From: Folioceros fuciformis
Taxonomy: Eukaryota
DNA: 64,000 nt
NCBI GenBank assembly: GCA_049999805.1
Contig: JBNGIO010006317.1
Span: 779,144 to 843,143 of the forward strand
Direction: 5' to 3'
The notes below the pieces were generated by a model. That model worked only from the letters and a program-made list of their open reading frames with translations. It was not told the DNA's origin and did not search any database. Positions 1-11,773 of the stretch are shown here, in pieces (position 1 is the stretch's first letter; every line of letters starts with the position of its first letter). The position numbers and the translations under genes are program-made.

Positions 1-594
1 CCCGAGCTGAAGAAAAGTGCCGAGCTGACTCCAAGAGGACTTGGAAACATGGCAATGCGCCAAGTTTCAAGCATTCGTGTGAGAAAGTGTTCTCTACTTC
101 GTTCCCTCTCAGATTCCACAGCTGCCAAGCTCGGGATGAACTGCTCAGGGGTGCACCTCACCTCATTTACATCTCAGATTGTTGGACAGAAAATCGATGA
201 CTTCGGAGGTTTTCATAAGTTGATACCAACCCACGACGACATGACCTACCCCCTCTTTCAAGCTTGTTGTTCAAGACAGCTCCGGCCCGCCAATTCAAGC
301 CCCATTCGAAGATGAGCCGTGGCATCCCGTGCAATCCACAGGCCGACACATTCACGACGCGTTCGGAACAAGTGGATTCGGACTAGTGGCTGCTGGCTAC
401 ACTCTCTTGAGGAGCTGCACGTGATCACAGATTGGGAGGCTAAGCCAGCCTATTTCACCAGGGACGCCCCACTAGGCAATGGGGCCCATGTCTAATGGTT
501 TCGTGGAAGGTTGGCAAAATGATCACAGAGCGGACTGAGTCAAGCAAGCACACTGACACTACACACTTGGGCACTGGGTATGGCCTCGGTATTA

Positions 595-3282
595 TCACGG
601 TCGACCCTTGCAACTGCAAAAACCAGCTGCGAATCGATGCACACGGTACCCATCCCTTACAACGATGTCTCTCTGTTCAAGTCTGGACAAGATCTCTGTG
701 GAGCTGTGGCAGTCGCTGCACATGCGTAGATTCTTCGTTACGACCAGAGGTGTTCCACTCTGAGTGTTCAAGAGACCAAACGCCAGAGCTAGCTTCTCAG
801 CATGCCCACAGAGCATATCATCTGTTTCCTTCTCACACAGTGGCTTCAGCACCAACTTCCTGTGAGGTACGTGGCCTCCTTCCTGCTTCAGACGTGCATT
901 CGTGCTCTCTACCTTGAGGGCAATATCCTCCCTCCCTTCTCCTACCAGAAATCGATGTACCTCCTTATTTACCTCAATGGTTGCCACGGCGGGTTCCTTG
1001 TTAGCTCCTGCTACCCTTCTCTGCGTTTCAATCCTGTCTACATCCGTCCACCTACCTGCATCTGCGTAGGCATTGGCCATGAGCACGTATGCAGATGCCT
1101 CCAGGGGCTCCAGCCTAACAATGCTTTCAAAACACCGCATCGCCCTCTCGACATCCCCATGACTTTTGCAGGCGTTCAACAAGGACCTCAAGCCCACAAC
1201 ATCACGCTGGCCCTCACACGACAAAAGCATCTGCTCGGCCTCGTCCAAATAGCCGGCACGCCCAAGAAGATCGACCATGCAATTGTGATGCTCAACTGTA
1301 GGTTCGAGGCCATGCTGTCCAGCCATGGAATCAAAGAGCTTGCGACCCTCGTGGACCAAACCCTCATGACTGCAGGCTACTAGAAGGCAAGTAAAAGTAG
1401 CACCATCAGGCTGAATACCGGCAACTAACATCTCCTCAAAACACGCTAGTGCTCTGTGACCATCGTCGCAAGTACCATACCCGGATATCAGCGCCGTCCA
1501 TACAACCACGTCCTTCATCGCCATGCCGTCAAACACCTGGCGTGCATGTTCCAGATCGCCACACTTTGCATACATGTCCACCAGGCAGGTGGCCACCATT
1601 AAGTCACCCAGCAGTCCTCTTTCAACAATCTGTTTGTGCAGCTGCTTTCCCTTCTGTAAGGCACCAGTGCTTCTACAGGCCTTCAGGAGACTAGCAAAAG
1701 TAACACGGTCGGCCAGAATGAGGCCGTCCTGCTCCATCTGGCCATACAGACGAAGTGCCTCATGTCCAAGCCCTTGCTGGGCATATTCAGCAATCAAGGC
1801 ATTCCACATAACCACGTCTTTGGTGTTCATGCTGTCAAAAAGACGGCGTGCCTCTTCCAGTTCACCACATTTTGCATACCCAGCAATCACAGAATTCCAT
1901 GTAACCACATCCTTCGAGTTCATACTGTCAAAAACCTGACGTGCATCTTTCAGTTCACCACATTTGGCATACATGTCCACCAGGCAGTTGCCCACCACTA
2001 TGTCGTCCAGCAGCTCCCTTTCCACAATCTGCGAGTGAAGCTGCCTGCCCTTCTGTAACGCACCAGTGCTTCCACAGGCCTTCAAAAGGCAGGCAAAAGT
2101 AAAATGGTCAGCCGAAATGAGGCCCGACTGCTCCATCTGTCCATACAGCGCCAGCGCCTCACGTCCCAGCCCTTGCTGGGCATACCCAGCAATCAAGGCA
2201 TTCCATGTGACCACATCCTTTCTGCTCATGCTGTTAAATACCTGGCGTGCATCTTTCAGTTCGCCACATTTCGCATACATGTCCACCAGGCAATTGTTAA
2301 CAAACAAGTTAGCAGGAATACCACTGCGCAACACGTCACAGTGCACTTTCCTGCCAGATTCCAAGTCGGCAGCAAATGCACAAGCTTGAAGGGCAGCCAC
2401 AAAGACCTGACCATTCGCCTTCAGCCCTGACCTACGCATCTTAAGGTAGAGTTGTACGGCCTCTTTAGGTTTCCCATGCTTGGCATGTGCGTTGATTATA
2501 GAAGACCACATGAAGGCATCTGGTTTGCCCACCCTGGTGAACACATCCGTGGCCTCCTGCAGCCTTCCCCCACTGGCATACATCCGCAGTACATGGTTTC
2601 CCAGATAAGTATTCGACTCGTACCCAAGTTTGACAATAAGATCATGAACTCGTCGCCCCACAGCCACATCCCTCTTAAAGGCACACAGTTTCAGCACGGT
2701 ATACAACAAAGACAGAGAAACAGAAGAGCCTGTCCGTGCCAAAACCTCCAGGGCTCCAGCGGCCTCAGCAAGCTTCCCCTGCTCACAAAAAGTGGTCACA
2801 GAAACAGCTGTCACGAGCCCGATTCCCGATCCTCCCCGCACGCCAGGGCCAGGCTTATTCAGACAGATGCCCTCGGCCGGAGAGGCGCCATGACTCATCT
2901 GCACAACGACCTGCTCATCACCCCAAGCTGGCTCGAAATCGTTCAACCACATCGCCTTGCCTGACCCCTCACGCCGTATGTCCGGCGCAGGGCAGCTGTT
3001 CTCATCTTGTCTGTCGTCCCACCACATGGTAGGGCCCGGAGAAAAGTGTTGCCACAATTGCTCCTGCTCCTGGCGAGGACCATGGCTGGATACCCCGTCC
3101 CTACACACAAAATCACTCGCAAGTGGAAATGCTTCCCTCCTCGCACTGCCACTACTGCTCCTGAACGCCTGCTTGCCTGCCGGAGCTCGAATCCCTGATG
3201 ATGCCAAATGACCGGGATCTCCTCGTAGAATCCCTGTACACACAAAAATTCGTCGGGTCCACGAAAATCCCCGCCGCCGCAT
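595..3282 (-). CDS. PLS-class PPR protein with E1-E2 and DYW:KP (GRP-ending) deaminase domain; degenerate N-terminal PDF-like motif
   Basis: Intronless ORF; first ATG at 3282 (the ORF track starts at GTG 3312). P/L/S repeats (VVTWNALIAGY, TFACLLKAC, LVDMYAKCG), then KEPAVATIEV...CGHAEKLALAFGL...KNLRMCSDCH...CSCKGRP. Confidence 0.93.
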   Translation of the reverse strand: MRRRGFSWTRRIFVCTGILRGDPGHLASSGIRAPAGKQAFRSSSGSARREAFPLASDFVCRDGVSSHGPRQEQEQLWQHFSPGPTMWWDDRQDENSCPAPDIRREGSGKAMWLNDFEPAWGDEQVVVQMSHGASPAEGICLNKPGPGVRGGSGIGLVTAVSVTTFCEQGKLAEAAGALEVLARTGSSVSLSLLYTVLKLCAFKRDVAVGRRVHDLIVKLGYESNTYLGNHVLRMYASGGRLQEATDVFTRVGKPDAFMWSSIINAHAKHGKPKEAVQLYLKMRRSGLKANGQVFVAALQACAFAADLESGRKVHCDVLRSGIPANLFVNNCLVDMYAKCGELKDARQVFNSMSRKDVVTWNALIAGYAQQGLGREALALYGQMEQSGLISADHFTFACLLKACGSTGALQKGRQLHSQIVERELLDDIVVGNCLVDMYAKCGELKDARQVFDSMNSKDVVTWNSVIAGYAKCGELEEARRLFDSMNTKDVVMWNALIAEYAQQGLGHEALRLYGQMEQDGLILADRVTFASLLKACRSTGALQKGKQLHKQIVERGLLGDLMVATCLVDMYAKCGDLEHARQVFDGMAMKDVVVWTALISGYGTCDDGHRALACFEEMLVAGIQPDGATFTCLLVACSHEGLVHEGRKLFDSMAGQHGLEPTVEHHNCMVDLLGRAGYLDEAEQMLLSCEGQRDVVGLRSLLNACKSHGDVERAMRCFESIVRLEPLEASAYVLMANAYADAGRWTDVDRIETQRRVAGANKEPAVATIEVNKEVHRFLVGEGREDIALKVESTNARLKQEGGHVPHRKLVLKPLCEKETDDMLCGHAEKLALAFGLLNTQSGTPLVVTKNLRMCSDCHSSTEILSRLEQRDIVVRDGYRVHRFAAGFCSCKGRP

Positions 3283-4183
3283 CGCCTTGGGGTGCAGCCA
3301 GAACCCGAACACCGTCCTGCAATCGCAGGCTTCAACTGCGGAATGTCCCCCGTAGGCTGTGAGAGGGGTGGACGACGCTGTGGAGGATTTGTTTTGTTCT
3401 TTTCTTCATAAACGAACCATTTATTTTGATGTATACAGAACAGAGTCAAGTCCTTCCACGCTCTTTTGGTGCAGACAGAGCGAGCATCTTTGCTGCTGGT
3501 AGATGTTCCTTCACACTCTTTTGGTTCAGAGGACACATGTTCTCCCTCGCACCCTCTTCAAACGAAGACATAGCCATGGAGTCACCCTCCAAAATCCAAG
3601 CCAGATAGAACTAAGTGAGATCCAAAATCTACACACTAAGCAAGATTGAGGGTGAATATTAAAGTAATTTCTAGTACAATATTCGTGGGGAAATCATTTC
3701 GAAGCCTTACAGGAGAGTCGGTGAGGTGACGACGTCTTGAAAAGATTTTGTGGACGATTTCAAGGTGCATCTCCTGGGAAGACGCAGAGATGTGCAGTGG
3801 TCCCGAGCAAAGCACATAGAGAGGAGCGAGGACGGGGCCCACTGGCGGGTAATACCTACCTGAAGCGAGCGAGGTAGTCCCTCGCATGTGGCACCATTCC
3901 CATTCCAGCACCCGAGATGCAGAGAAGTCATCATCATGTGTCCGCACAGCGTCACGAGCAACCTCTGCCCGTGTCTCTCGATCTGCTCTTGGTGTTTACT
4001 GCGCACTCCGGAATGGCAGAGGCTGACAGTGTGTGTTGCAAGGCAGCAGCTCCACCTTCAGCTGGCCCAGAGGCGAAGGCTGAAGCTGAAGCTGAAGAAG
4101 AAGAAGAAGAAGCTGTGCGAGCCCTTTCGTCTCCAGGACCTCCGTCTTGCTGCACCCCGCTGCTGCGATTTGCGCGTCGGGCC

Positions 4184-6750
4184 ATGAAGCCGTTGATGTG
4201 GGCCGGCCTGGCCTTGTTCCTCGTGCTGTGCTGTACTCAGGGGACGCGCGTGGCGTGCGTACCCTGGTCTTCAAGAAAGGCGCCTGCCCAAGACGGGGTG
4301 GTGGTGGAGGAGGTGGAATTTGTGGTGCAGGGGGAGGACGTGGTTGCCACCATCGACGACGACTTCCTCTGCGCGACTCTCGACTGGTGGCCCCCCCAGA
4401 AGTGCGATTATGGTACCTGTAGTTGGGGGAACGCTTCCTTGCTTAATGTGGTATGTGGTGGGAGGTTCCGGTGCTGAGCTCTTTAAGGTTCCAGGAGGCT
4501 CCGGTACAGGATACGTGGTGGCACGGGCTTGATTAAGAGTGTTGCTCAAAGTGATCGGTGTTGGTGGGATTGTTGTTTGCAGGACCTGGCGAATCCGTTG
4601 CTGGAGCTCGCTCTTGCCGGTACAGGTGGCTTCTTCATGCAATTAGAGGTCAAGCATTTTGGAAAGTCACGTTCTTGGGCATGCATGCGTGTGGCATGAT
4701 GCCTTGTGTGTGTGAGTGTGGCAGCTCTGGCCCCGTTCAAGGTCCGGTTAGGAGGCTCTCTGCAAGACCAGATCGTGTACCAGGTCGGACTTTCGAATGC
4801 CAGTATGTGCGCACCACTGGTGCCCGACAGGTCGACCATGTTCGGTTTCTCGGGAGGTTGTTTTCCATTGTCTCGTTGGGACTCCTTGTCCAAGCTGTTC
4901 GCTAAAACCAGGTAAGCAAGCAAAGATGCCGAAACGGGCATGGCCGAGACCCAGGACAAGGATGGATTACGGTTCTCTTGTTCGTTCTGATCACTTGGTG
5001 TGACCTGCATGCCGCTCGATTTACTCGCTCTCGGTGCGCAGATCCACGGTAGCCTTCGGCCTGAATGCATTGTATGGGAGAATCCCCTCTCCGGGGGGAG
5101 GCTACAGCGGGCCATGGGACTCCTCCAATGCGGAAGCCTTCATCCGGTACACAGTGGAAAGAGGTTACGCAGTCCAGGCCTGGGAGTTCGGTACGTACGG
5201 TATAACCCTGGCAGCTGGCCAGGCAGCTGGAGCAGACAAGCGTCTTCCCCCACCCCTGTCACGGCCCAGGCTCAAGTGCTGATGCTGCAGAGAGCTTTTG
5301 CCTTAAGCCCCAGGTGGACTTGTGGGTGATACAGGTAACGAATTGGGAGGCCAGGGAGTCGGCACAACCATCTCTGCATCCCAGTTCGCGGAGGACGTGA
5401 AGAAGCTCAAGGGCAGCATAGCCGCAGCGTACGCGGGGCTCAAACCGCCTATCCTGGTGGCCCCCGACAGCTTCTTCGACCCGACGTGGTACGCGGAGAT
5501 GTTCCAGGACAGCGGTTACGGAGTGGTGGACGTTGCTAGCAGACACATTTACAACCTGGGCCCCGGTACGCGCACTAGCACTCCTGACCCATCCACTCTA
5601 CTCTGCCCTGCACTGCGCACACGATGCGATGCAATGCGATGCAAGGCAAGGCAAGGCAAGGCAAGCAGAGAATAACGTCACGCTAGCCTGACCGTGCAGG
5701 AAGCGACCCTGGGCTGATAAACAAGATCCTGGACCCGGACTACCTCGGCGGGGAAGCCCGCAATTACCAGGCGGTACAGACGGTGCTGCAGGAGCACGCA
5801 CCGTGGTGCGATGCCTGGATCGGGGAGGCTGGAGGCGCGTACAACAGCGGGAAGCACCTCGTCACGGACGCCTTTGTCTCAGGCTTCTGGTAACCAAGGC
5901 TCCAGCGTAATTGATAATGTTGCCATGTCCGTCAATGCTGTACTCACTCACCCTGAGGCACCCTCCTCCTCCTCCTTGTCCAGGTACGTGCACCAGCTGG
6001 GCATGGCTGCCTCGTTCAAAAACAAGGCATTCTGCCGGCAATCCCTCATCGGAGGCAACTACGGCCTGCTCAACACCACCACCTTTCACCCTAACCCCGA
6101 CTTCTACAGGTGAGCTTCCAAGAAGTCAAGATTGAATTTCCAGCATCGTCTGCTGTGGCTTTGGCTGGGGCAGCGGCCCGATGCTCCCGTCTCGTGTTGC
6201 CAGCGCCCTGCTGTGGAAGCGGCTAGTGGGGAAGAAGGTGCTTCGACCCGTCATAACGCTCAAGAGTCAAGCTCCTAAAAGCTTTCTTCGAGGCTACGTC
6301 CATTGCCACAAGGAGGACAAGGTATGGTATCATGCATCCCCCTATCTATTTTCCCATCCTCCCCGCTGCTAACAGTCGACAGCACAATATCAGGCATAAC
6401 GGCTCTTCCCTTATATTGGAATGTAGGGAAGCATCACCGTTATCCTACTCAACTTCAGCCGTAACACGACTCACTCGGTGAATATAGTCTCTGGGCTGGA
6501 ACCGGCTCGACAATCCTACAGAAGCGAACTCCTTTCCACAGGCTCACGGCTCGAGTACCATCTGTCCGCGCAGTCGCCCGACAGCCAGGAGGTCTGGCTC
6601 AATGCAAGGCCCTTGACCATCTCTGACCGCGGCCATCTTCCGATACTTGCTCCAACAGAGGCACCCATGTACTCTCCCGTTCAAGTACAGCCTCTCTCCA
6701 TCGTATTCGTGGTGGTGCCCCAGGTCGATCTACCAGCTTGCTTCAAGTAG
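4184..6750 (+). CDS. Heparanase-like glycoside hydrolase family 79 (beta-glucuronidase), 9 exons
   Basis: Signal-peptide-like start MKPLMWAGLALFLVLCC. Motifs DDDFLCATLDWWPPQKCDYGTC, RLGGSLQD, WEFGNE, WIGEAGGAYNSG, RQSLIGGNYGLL. Approximate GT-AG exons: 4184-4450, 4583-4619, 4726-4911, 5042-5190, 5335-5565, 5700-5889, 5984-6109, 6204-6321, 6428-6750. Confidence 0.92.
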
Positions 6751-7104
6751 ATTGCATAACCTCAACTACTAACCGTATTCATTAGGATGAACACCCGCTT
6801 GAGCAGACAGCTCAAGAACTGTATTATCGATAAAAGGCATTACAAGACTAAGAATTGAGGGGCGGGCAGAAGAGGGACTTTTGAGAGTGAACCTAGGCCA
6901 CGTTCCATGAGCTGTGTGAAGACCAGGCGGCGGTAACCCAGAAATAACTGTCCGCTATGTCTATTAGCAGTACAAACCACTGAACTGTCGTACCCCCACC
7001 TCAACAACTATTACGGATTGCCAAGACCAATGCTAAGCATCTCCATAACCAAAAAAAGTCTTATCACCGGGGCGGTCAGACGTGAGAAACCTGATACTAC
7101 ACAT

Positions 7105-8560
7105 CTAGAAGCACTTCCTGTGGACAATCGGAGGGCCCGACTCATCGTACTCGCTCTTCGCAATCCACATCTGCACAAAGGCAATGCATATGCCAGGAGG
7201 GTCAAATACCCGTTTTGACCACGTTGCGCAACACAGAAGGACACGACACTACAGAGAATAATACATACCTGCTGGAAGGTGCTCAGAGATGCCAATATGG
7301 ATCCTCCGATCCATACACTGTACTTCCTTTCCGGAGGAGCCACCACCTTGATCTTCATGCTGCTCGGGGCCAGAGCCGTGATCTCTTTGCTCATTCGGTC
7401 AGCAATACCCGGGAACATAGTTGTTCCTCCACTGAGCACGATGTTGCCATACAGATCCTTACGGATATCCACATCACACTTCATGATGGAGTTATAAGTG
7501 GTCTCGTGGATACCAGCAGCCTCCATACCGATGAGCGATGGCTGGAACAAGACCTCAGGGCACCTGAACCGTTCCGAGCCGATAGTAATCACCTGTCCAT
7601 CAGGAAGCTCGAAGCTTTTCTCCAGCGTGGAGCTGGCACGCGCGGTATCCAGTTCCTGCTCGAAGTCAATGGCAACATAGGCCAGCTTCTCCTTCATGTC
7701 CCGGACAATTTCCCGCTCTGCTGTGGTGGTAAAGGAGTAGCCGCGCTCAGTGAGAATCTTCATGAGACAATCAGTCAGATCCCGCCCGGCAAGATCCAGA
7801 CGCAGGATGGCATGGGGAAGGGCGTAACCCTCATAGATGGGCACTGTGTGAGTTACTCCATCACCAGAATCAAGCACAATACCTGGATGGCCAGCCAGTA
7901 CAAACGTCAGCGACCAGGGCACCCAAACCAGGTCTATCACTTAACAGACGCAGGCAGGCCTTAAACTGAACACTCACCGGTAGTACGTCCACTGGCATAC
8001 AACGACAGCACTGCCTGGATTGCCACGTACATGGCCGGGGCATTGAAGGTCTCAAACATAATCTGAGTCATCTTCTCCCGGTTAGCTTTGGGGTTCAGGG
8101 GAGCCTCAGTAAGCAACACCGGGTGCTCCTCGGGGGCAACCCGCAGCTCGTTGTAGAAAGTATGATGCCAGATCTTCTCCATGTCATCCCAGTTGGTAAC
8201 GATACCATGCTCGATCGGGTACTTCAGGGTCAGGATACCACGCTTAGACTGTGCCTCATCACCAACGTAAGCATCCTTCTGACCCATGCCGACCATCACA
8301 CCTGTGTGCCGCGGACGTCCCACGATGCTCGGGAACACAGCTCGAGGAGCATCATCTCCTGCAAAACCAGCCTGCACAACCCGCCAAACCAATTCATCGG
8401 AACCAGACCCTAGAACCGACTTCCATCCACATAAGCGGAACAACCACACCGTCCACATCCAGATAAGGCGGCTCCTAACCTTGACCATTCCGGAACCATT
8501 GTCACAGACGAGTGGCTGGATGTCCTCGGGATCGCCACCGCTAGCCAATCTTTCGGCCAT
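7105..8560 (-). CDS. ACT: Actin
   Basis: Exons 8560-8480, 8371-7978 (394 nt), 7882-7269 (614 nt), 7170-7105 (66 nt), matching canonical plant actin intron positions. Motifs [26 protein letters not shown] and a C-terminal HRKCF. Confidence 0.98.
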
Positions 8561-9341
8561 TTCTCAAAGCCCTGCAGATCAGCGCACACAAGTCAGCAGC
8601 CGGGAACTCGAGATTGCACACCAAGATCAGCCGATGTGCAGGAAGAAAGCTCCTCCTAGCAGATCGAGCCAGCAACAAGCCAGATCGGGGGCTGCACATC
8701 AGTCCGCCGCCACACGATAACTCAAGGTAGCTACGCAGCTCCGTCACAAGCCAGATCCGGCAACCCTGGACCCCTCACCCGCTACACCCGACCGATCGGC
8801 CCCGCGCCGCTCGCAAGCCACCGCCTGGCCCTCGCCTGTGCTACCTCCCGCACCGGCCGGCTCCGCGCGGTGCACTACACGGCTATACTCTGCTCTGCTC
8901 TGCTCTGCTCCCGACTACTGCTGGATGCCGCTCAACACTGGCAAAGTAGCCCGCCCTCACGGGCAATAAAGCGGAAGAAAGCGAGCCGAGCCGCGGTGGT
9001 GCAGGAACGCAGAGGTGAGCGGGAGAGGAGCGCGAGAAAGCGGGCAGGCAACGGAGAAAGAGAGGAGCCAGGGATGTCGAGTTGCGGGGGAGGAGAGAGA
9101 GAGAGAGCACGGCCTCTGCGGGGGAGAACGCGCGGGCGAAACCTGACCCCGGATTTGAAAACCTGGGCGAAAACAGGGTGATATTTTTCGAAAAAGAATC
9201 GTGCAGCCAATAAATGTGCGGCAATGTTAAGCACCAGCCGAGCACGAAACGCGTGTGGGGGGCCAAAAATGAGGCTCTGGTGCGAAAAACGACGACCTTC
9301 GTGTTGCCGGGCCGCGGGCTGCGAGTGGCGCTGTCATTAGG

Positions 9342-9441
9342 NNNNNNNNNNNNNNNNNNNNNNNNNNNNNNNNNNNNNNNNNNNNNNNNNNNNNNNNNNN
9401 NNNNNNNNNNNNNNNNNNNNNNNNNNNNNNNNNNNNNNNNN
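9342..9441. other. Assembly gap (100 N)
   Basis: Run of N; GTCATTAGG occurs on both sides. Confidence 0.99.
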
Positions 9442-10939
9442 GTCATTAGGTTAGGGCAGGTTTCGCCGAGAGGAATTCGCCTGAACGCGCGGGGCCGTAC
9501 GCGCAGCGGGCGGGAGAGGCATCGTGGCCGTCAGGAGGGAACATCGGGGCAATCGCGGCCGTCCCACTGCTTGAGCACAAGCCCTAACCCCAATTCCTCC
9601 TTCACCCTAGCGTAAACCTTTGGTCAGAGAATGACAAAATGGCAATGACTCACGTTCCACTTCACGTAGGAGGCAGCACTGAGAGCAAAACAGGCTGTCA
9701 TGTCCAGCCCACTCGCACCTCGCTCGTGGGCCCCCGTCCAGAGTCCGCGGCATTGCCTCTTGTCCACGGCCTAAAGAAAGCAACCGGCTAGCGGGGGTGA
9801 GGCGAGATTCGGACACATGCGTGCGCGGGTGCCCCCGGTTACCTCCACCGGGACGCGGGCAAATACTTTGACAACGCGGTTAGGACTGAACGGGATCGGA
9901 AATATCTCGTTTCGGTTTTCCACTGCGGAACCGGTTCCGCACTGTGAGGGCAAGCGGCTGGTTTGTCAGGATGCCGGGCCAGCGGTAGGTGCGAAGGGAA
10001 GTGTCCGGCCGGGTGGTTTGAGCTTGAGTTGTTGATGCGGCGGGTTTACGCTTTAGCATGAATTCTTGGAGGCGGAACGGTTTAAGGTAAACTCAGATTG
10101 GATTCCCTCCTGAAGGCAGGTGTTTGAGGAAGCTATCGGTGTTCATCCTGTTCAATTTGGTTGTAGGATCCTTTATGTGTTTGCGGTTTTTCGAGCTCCT
10201 TCACCTGGCACCAGCTAATGAAATGTCAAGGGACTAGAGCGCTGTTTGCAACTGGCGCTAGGTTCCAGCTACTTGTTTTCCACAAATGCTTCACTGTGTG
10301 AGACAGTTGACGATGAGAGACCTAAAATGGTTGGTCTGTGACTTCCAGGAAGGCCCCCCCAGGCAGTGACCCTGTTTTCCGTGGAGCTTTGGTGTCACTG
10401 TCGATGTCTTCGGTTGGCAGCACCCTGTTTAGAATGACCAGTCCACAGTCCGATCGTCACGCGCTTGACCAAGGAACAGACGTGTTTCGACCACTATCGA
10501 GCTGGAGTTTCATGGAAGTGCATGCCCGAGCTGAGGTCGTCCCTGCGGACCGATGCAAGGATGGAACTGGTGTTTCAAAAGGTCCCAGGTGAGACGATTG
10601 TGGTTCACACTAAACGTGTGTGTTTGACGATTCCAACCTCCGATACGCACGAGGGAACTGTTTTCTAATCGCATACTCATAGCAGCTTGGGAAACGGGGT
10701 TCGCATTTAGGGTTCAGGGCCACATGTTTCACTCCCCCAGGATAACCAAGACGGCACATGGACACACTTCAGGATTAATGGGAACCTCGTGCATCTGTGG
10801 AATTTTCACTTTTGCTTTCATTCTGGGGCCTGCTTCCCGGATCACGCTACGTCGTAAGAGAAGGGCTGGCCAGGCCCTCCTCCACCTGTTTGCTTCTAGC
10901 GACTTAGAGAGACCGGCGTGAGGAGGCAGAGGATGTGCA

Positions 10940-11545
10940 ATGGCAACTGCTCCAACTGCGTCGGTGAAGCCTCGCATTTTTGTGACAGGGCCTCCGGGGG
11001 TGGGGAAGAGCAGCTTGATCATGAGGGTTTTGAGGAATCTGAAGCAAGCGCACCCGAGTGTGAGTATCCACGGTTTTTTTACTCAGGAAATGAGAGATGC
11101 TGCGGGCCAGCGGGTTGGCTTTGAAGTTATCACAATGGACGGGCGCAGGGCGCGGCTGGCCACTGCTACGTCCCCATCCTCTCCTTCTACAGTACCTCAG
11201 GTGGGCAGATACACTGTGGATTTGCCCGCGTTTGAGGCTCTGGTTCTGCCAGAGCTGGCGGTCAGTAAACCAGATGCTGGCCTGTTTGTTCTGGATGAAG
11301 TTGGCAAAATGGAGCTGTGCAGCAATCCGTTTTACCCGGCAGTGTGGCAGATCCTCGAGGCTAAGAATGTCCCTGCAGTGATAGGGACCATTCCAATCAC
11401 TAGGTACGGGCGGGGCATTCCAGAGGTGGAGAGGATCAAGGGACGCCCTGATGTTGAGGTTTACACACTTTCCAAGAGCAACAGAGATGCCATGACACAA
11501 GTAGTCTTCAATCACCTCCTTTCAGTTCTCACAACACAGCGATAA
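10940..11545 (+). CDS. THEP1/NTPCR-family nucleoside triphosphatase
   Basis: Walker A IFVTGPPGVGKS, GFFTQEMR, RVGFEV, VGRYTVD, Walker B VLDEVGKMEL; single coding exon. Confidence 0.92.
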   Translation: MATAPTASVKPRIFVTGPPGVGKSSLIMRVLRNLKQAHPSVSIHGFFTQEMRDAAGQRVGFEVITMDGRRARLATATSPSSPSTVPQVGRYTVDLPAFEALVLPELAVSKPDAGLFVLDEVGKMELCSNPFYPAVWQILEAKNVPAVIGTIPITRYGRGIPEVERIKGRPDVEVYTLSKSNRDAMTQVVFNHLLSVLTTQR

Positions 11546-11720
11546 TTGAGCTTGGAGTGAGATGTTCTTCCTCTCCTACAGCATTTGGGGGCGGTCAGGT
11601 GTTAAAGGCACGGCGAAGACGGCCCGAATGGTCAGGTATCAGGAGATGATTAAGTTTGGGCCGAGATCACCGGGTAGGTCTTCTACGACTTTTGATTGTT
11701 TTTTTTGCATCCAATCTATC

Positions 11721-11773
11721 TTGTTGTGTTACCTGCATGCGTGACAACATCACGCATGCAGGTAATACAACAA
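11721..11773. repeat. Near-perfect inverted repeat (24-bp stem, 5-nt loop)
   Basis: TTGTTGTGTTACCTGCATGCGTGA-caaca-TCACGCATGCAGGTAATACAACAA, with one G:T pair. Confidence 0.9.

Noticed and set aside
802-3032. Many antisense ORFs over the PPR genes (also at 16918-18808)
   Set aside because: By-products of repetitive coding sequence on the opposite strand.
2943-3536. 197-aa minus-strand ORF overlapping the start of the first PPR gene
   Set aside because: Different frame, non-ATG start and no recognisable domain.
3917-4183. In-frame upstream extension (poly-Glu) of the GH79 gene
   Set aside because: It arises from a GAA/GCTGAA microsatellite in the probable 5' UTR; the signal peptide starts at ATG 4184.
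9333-9450. Apparent direct repeat GTCATTAGG flanking the N gap
   Set aside because: Most likely a contig overlap artefact, not a TSD.
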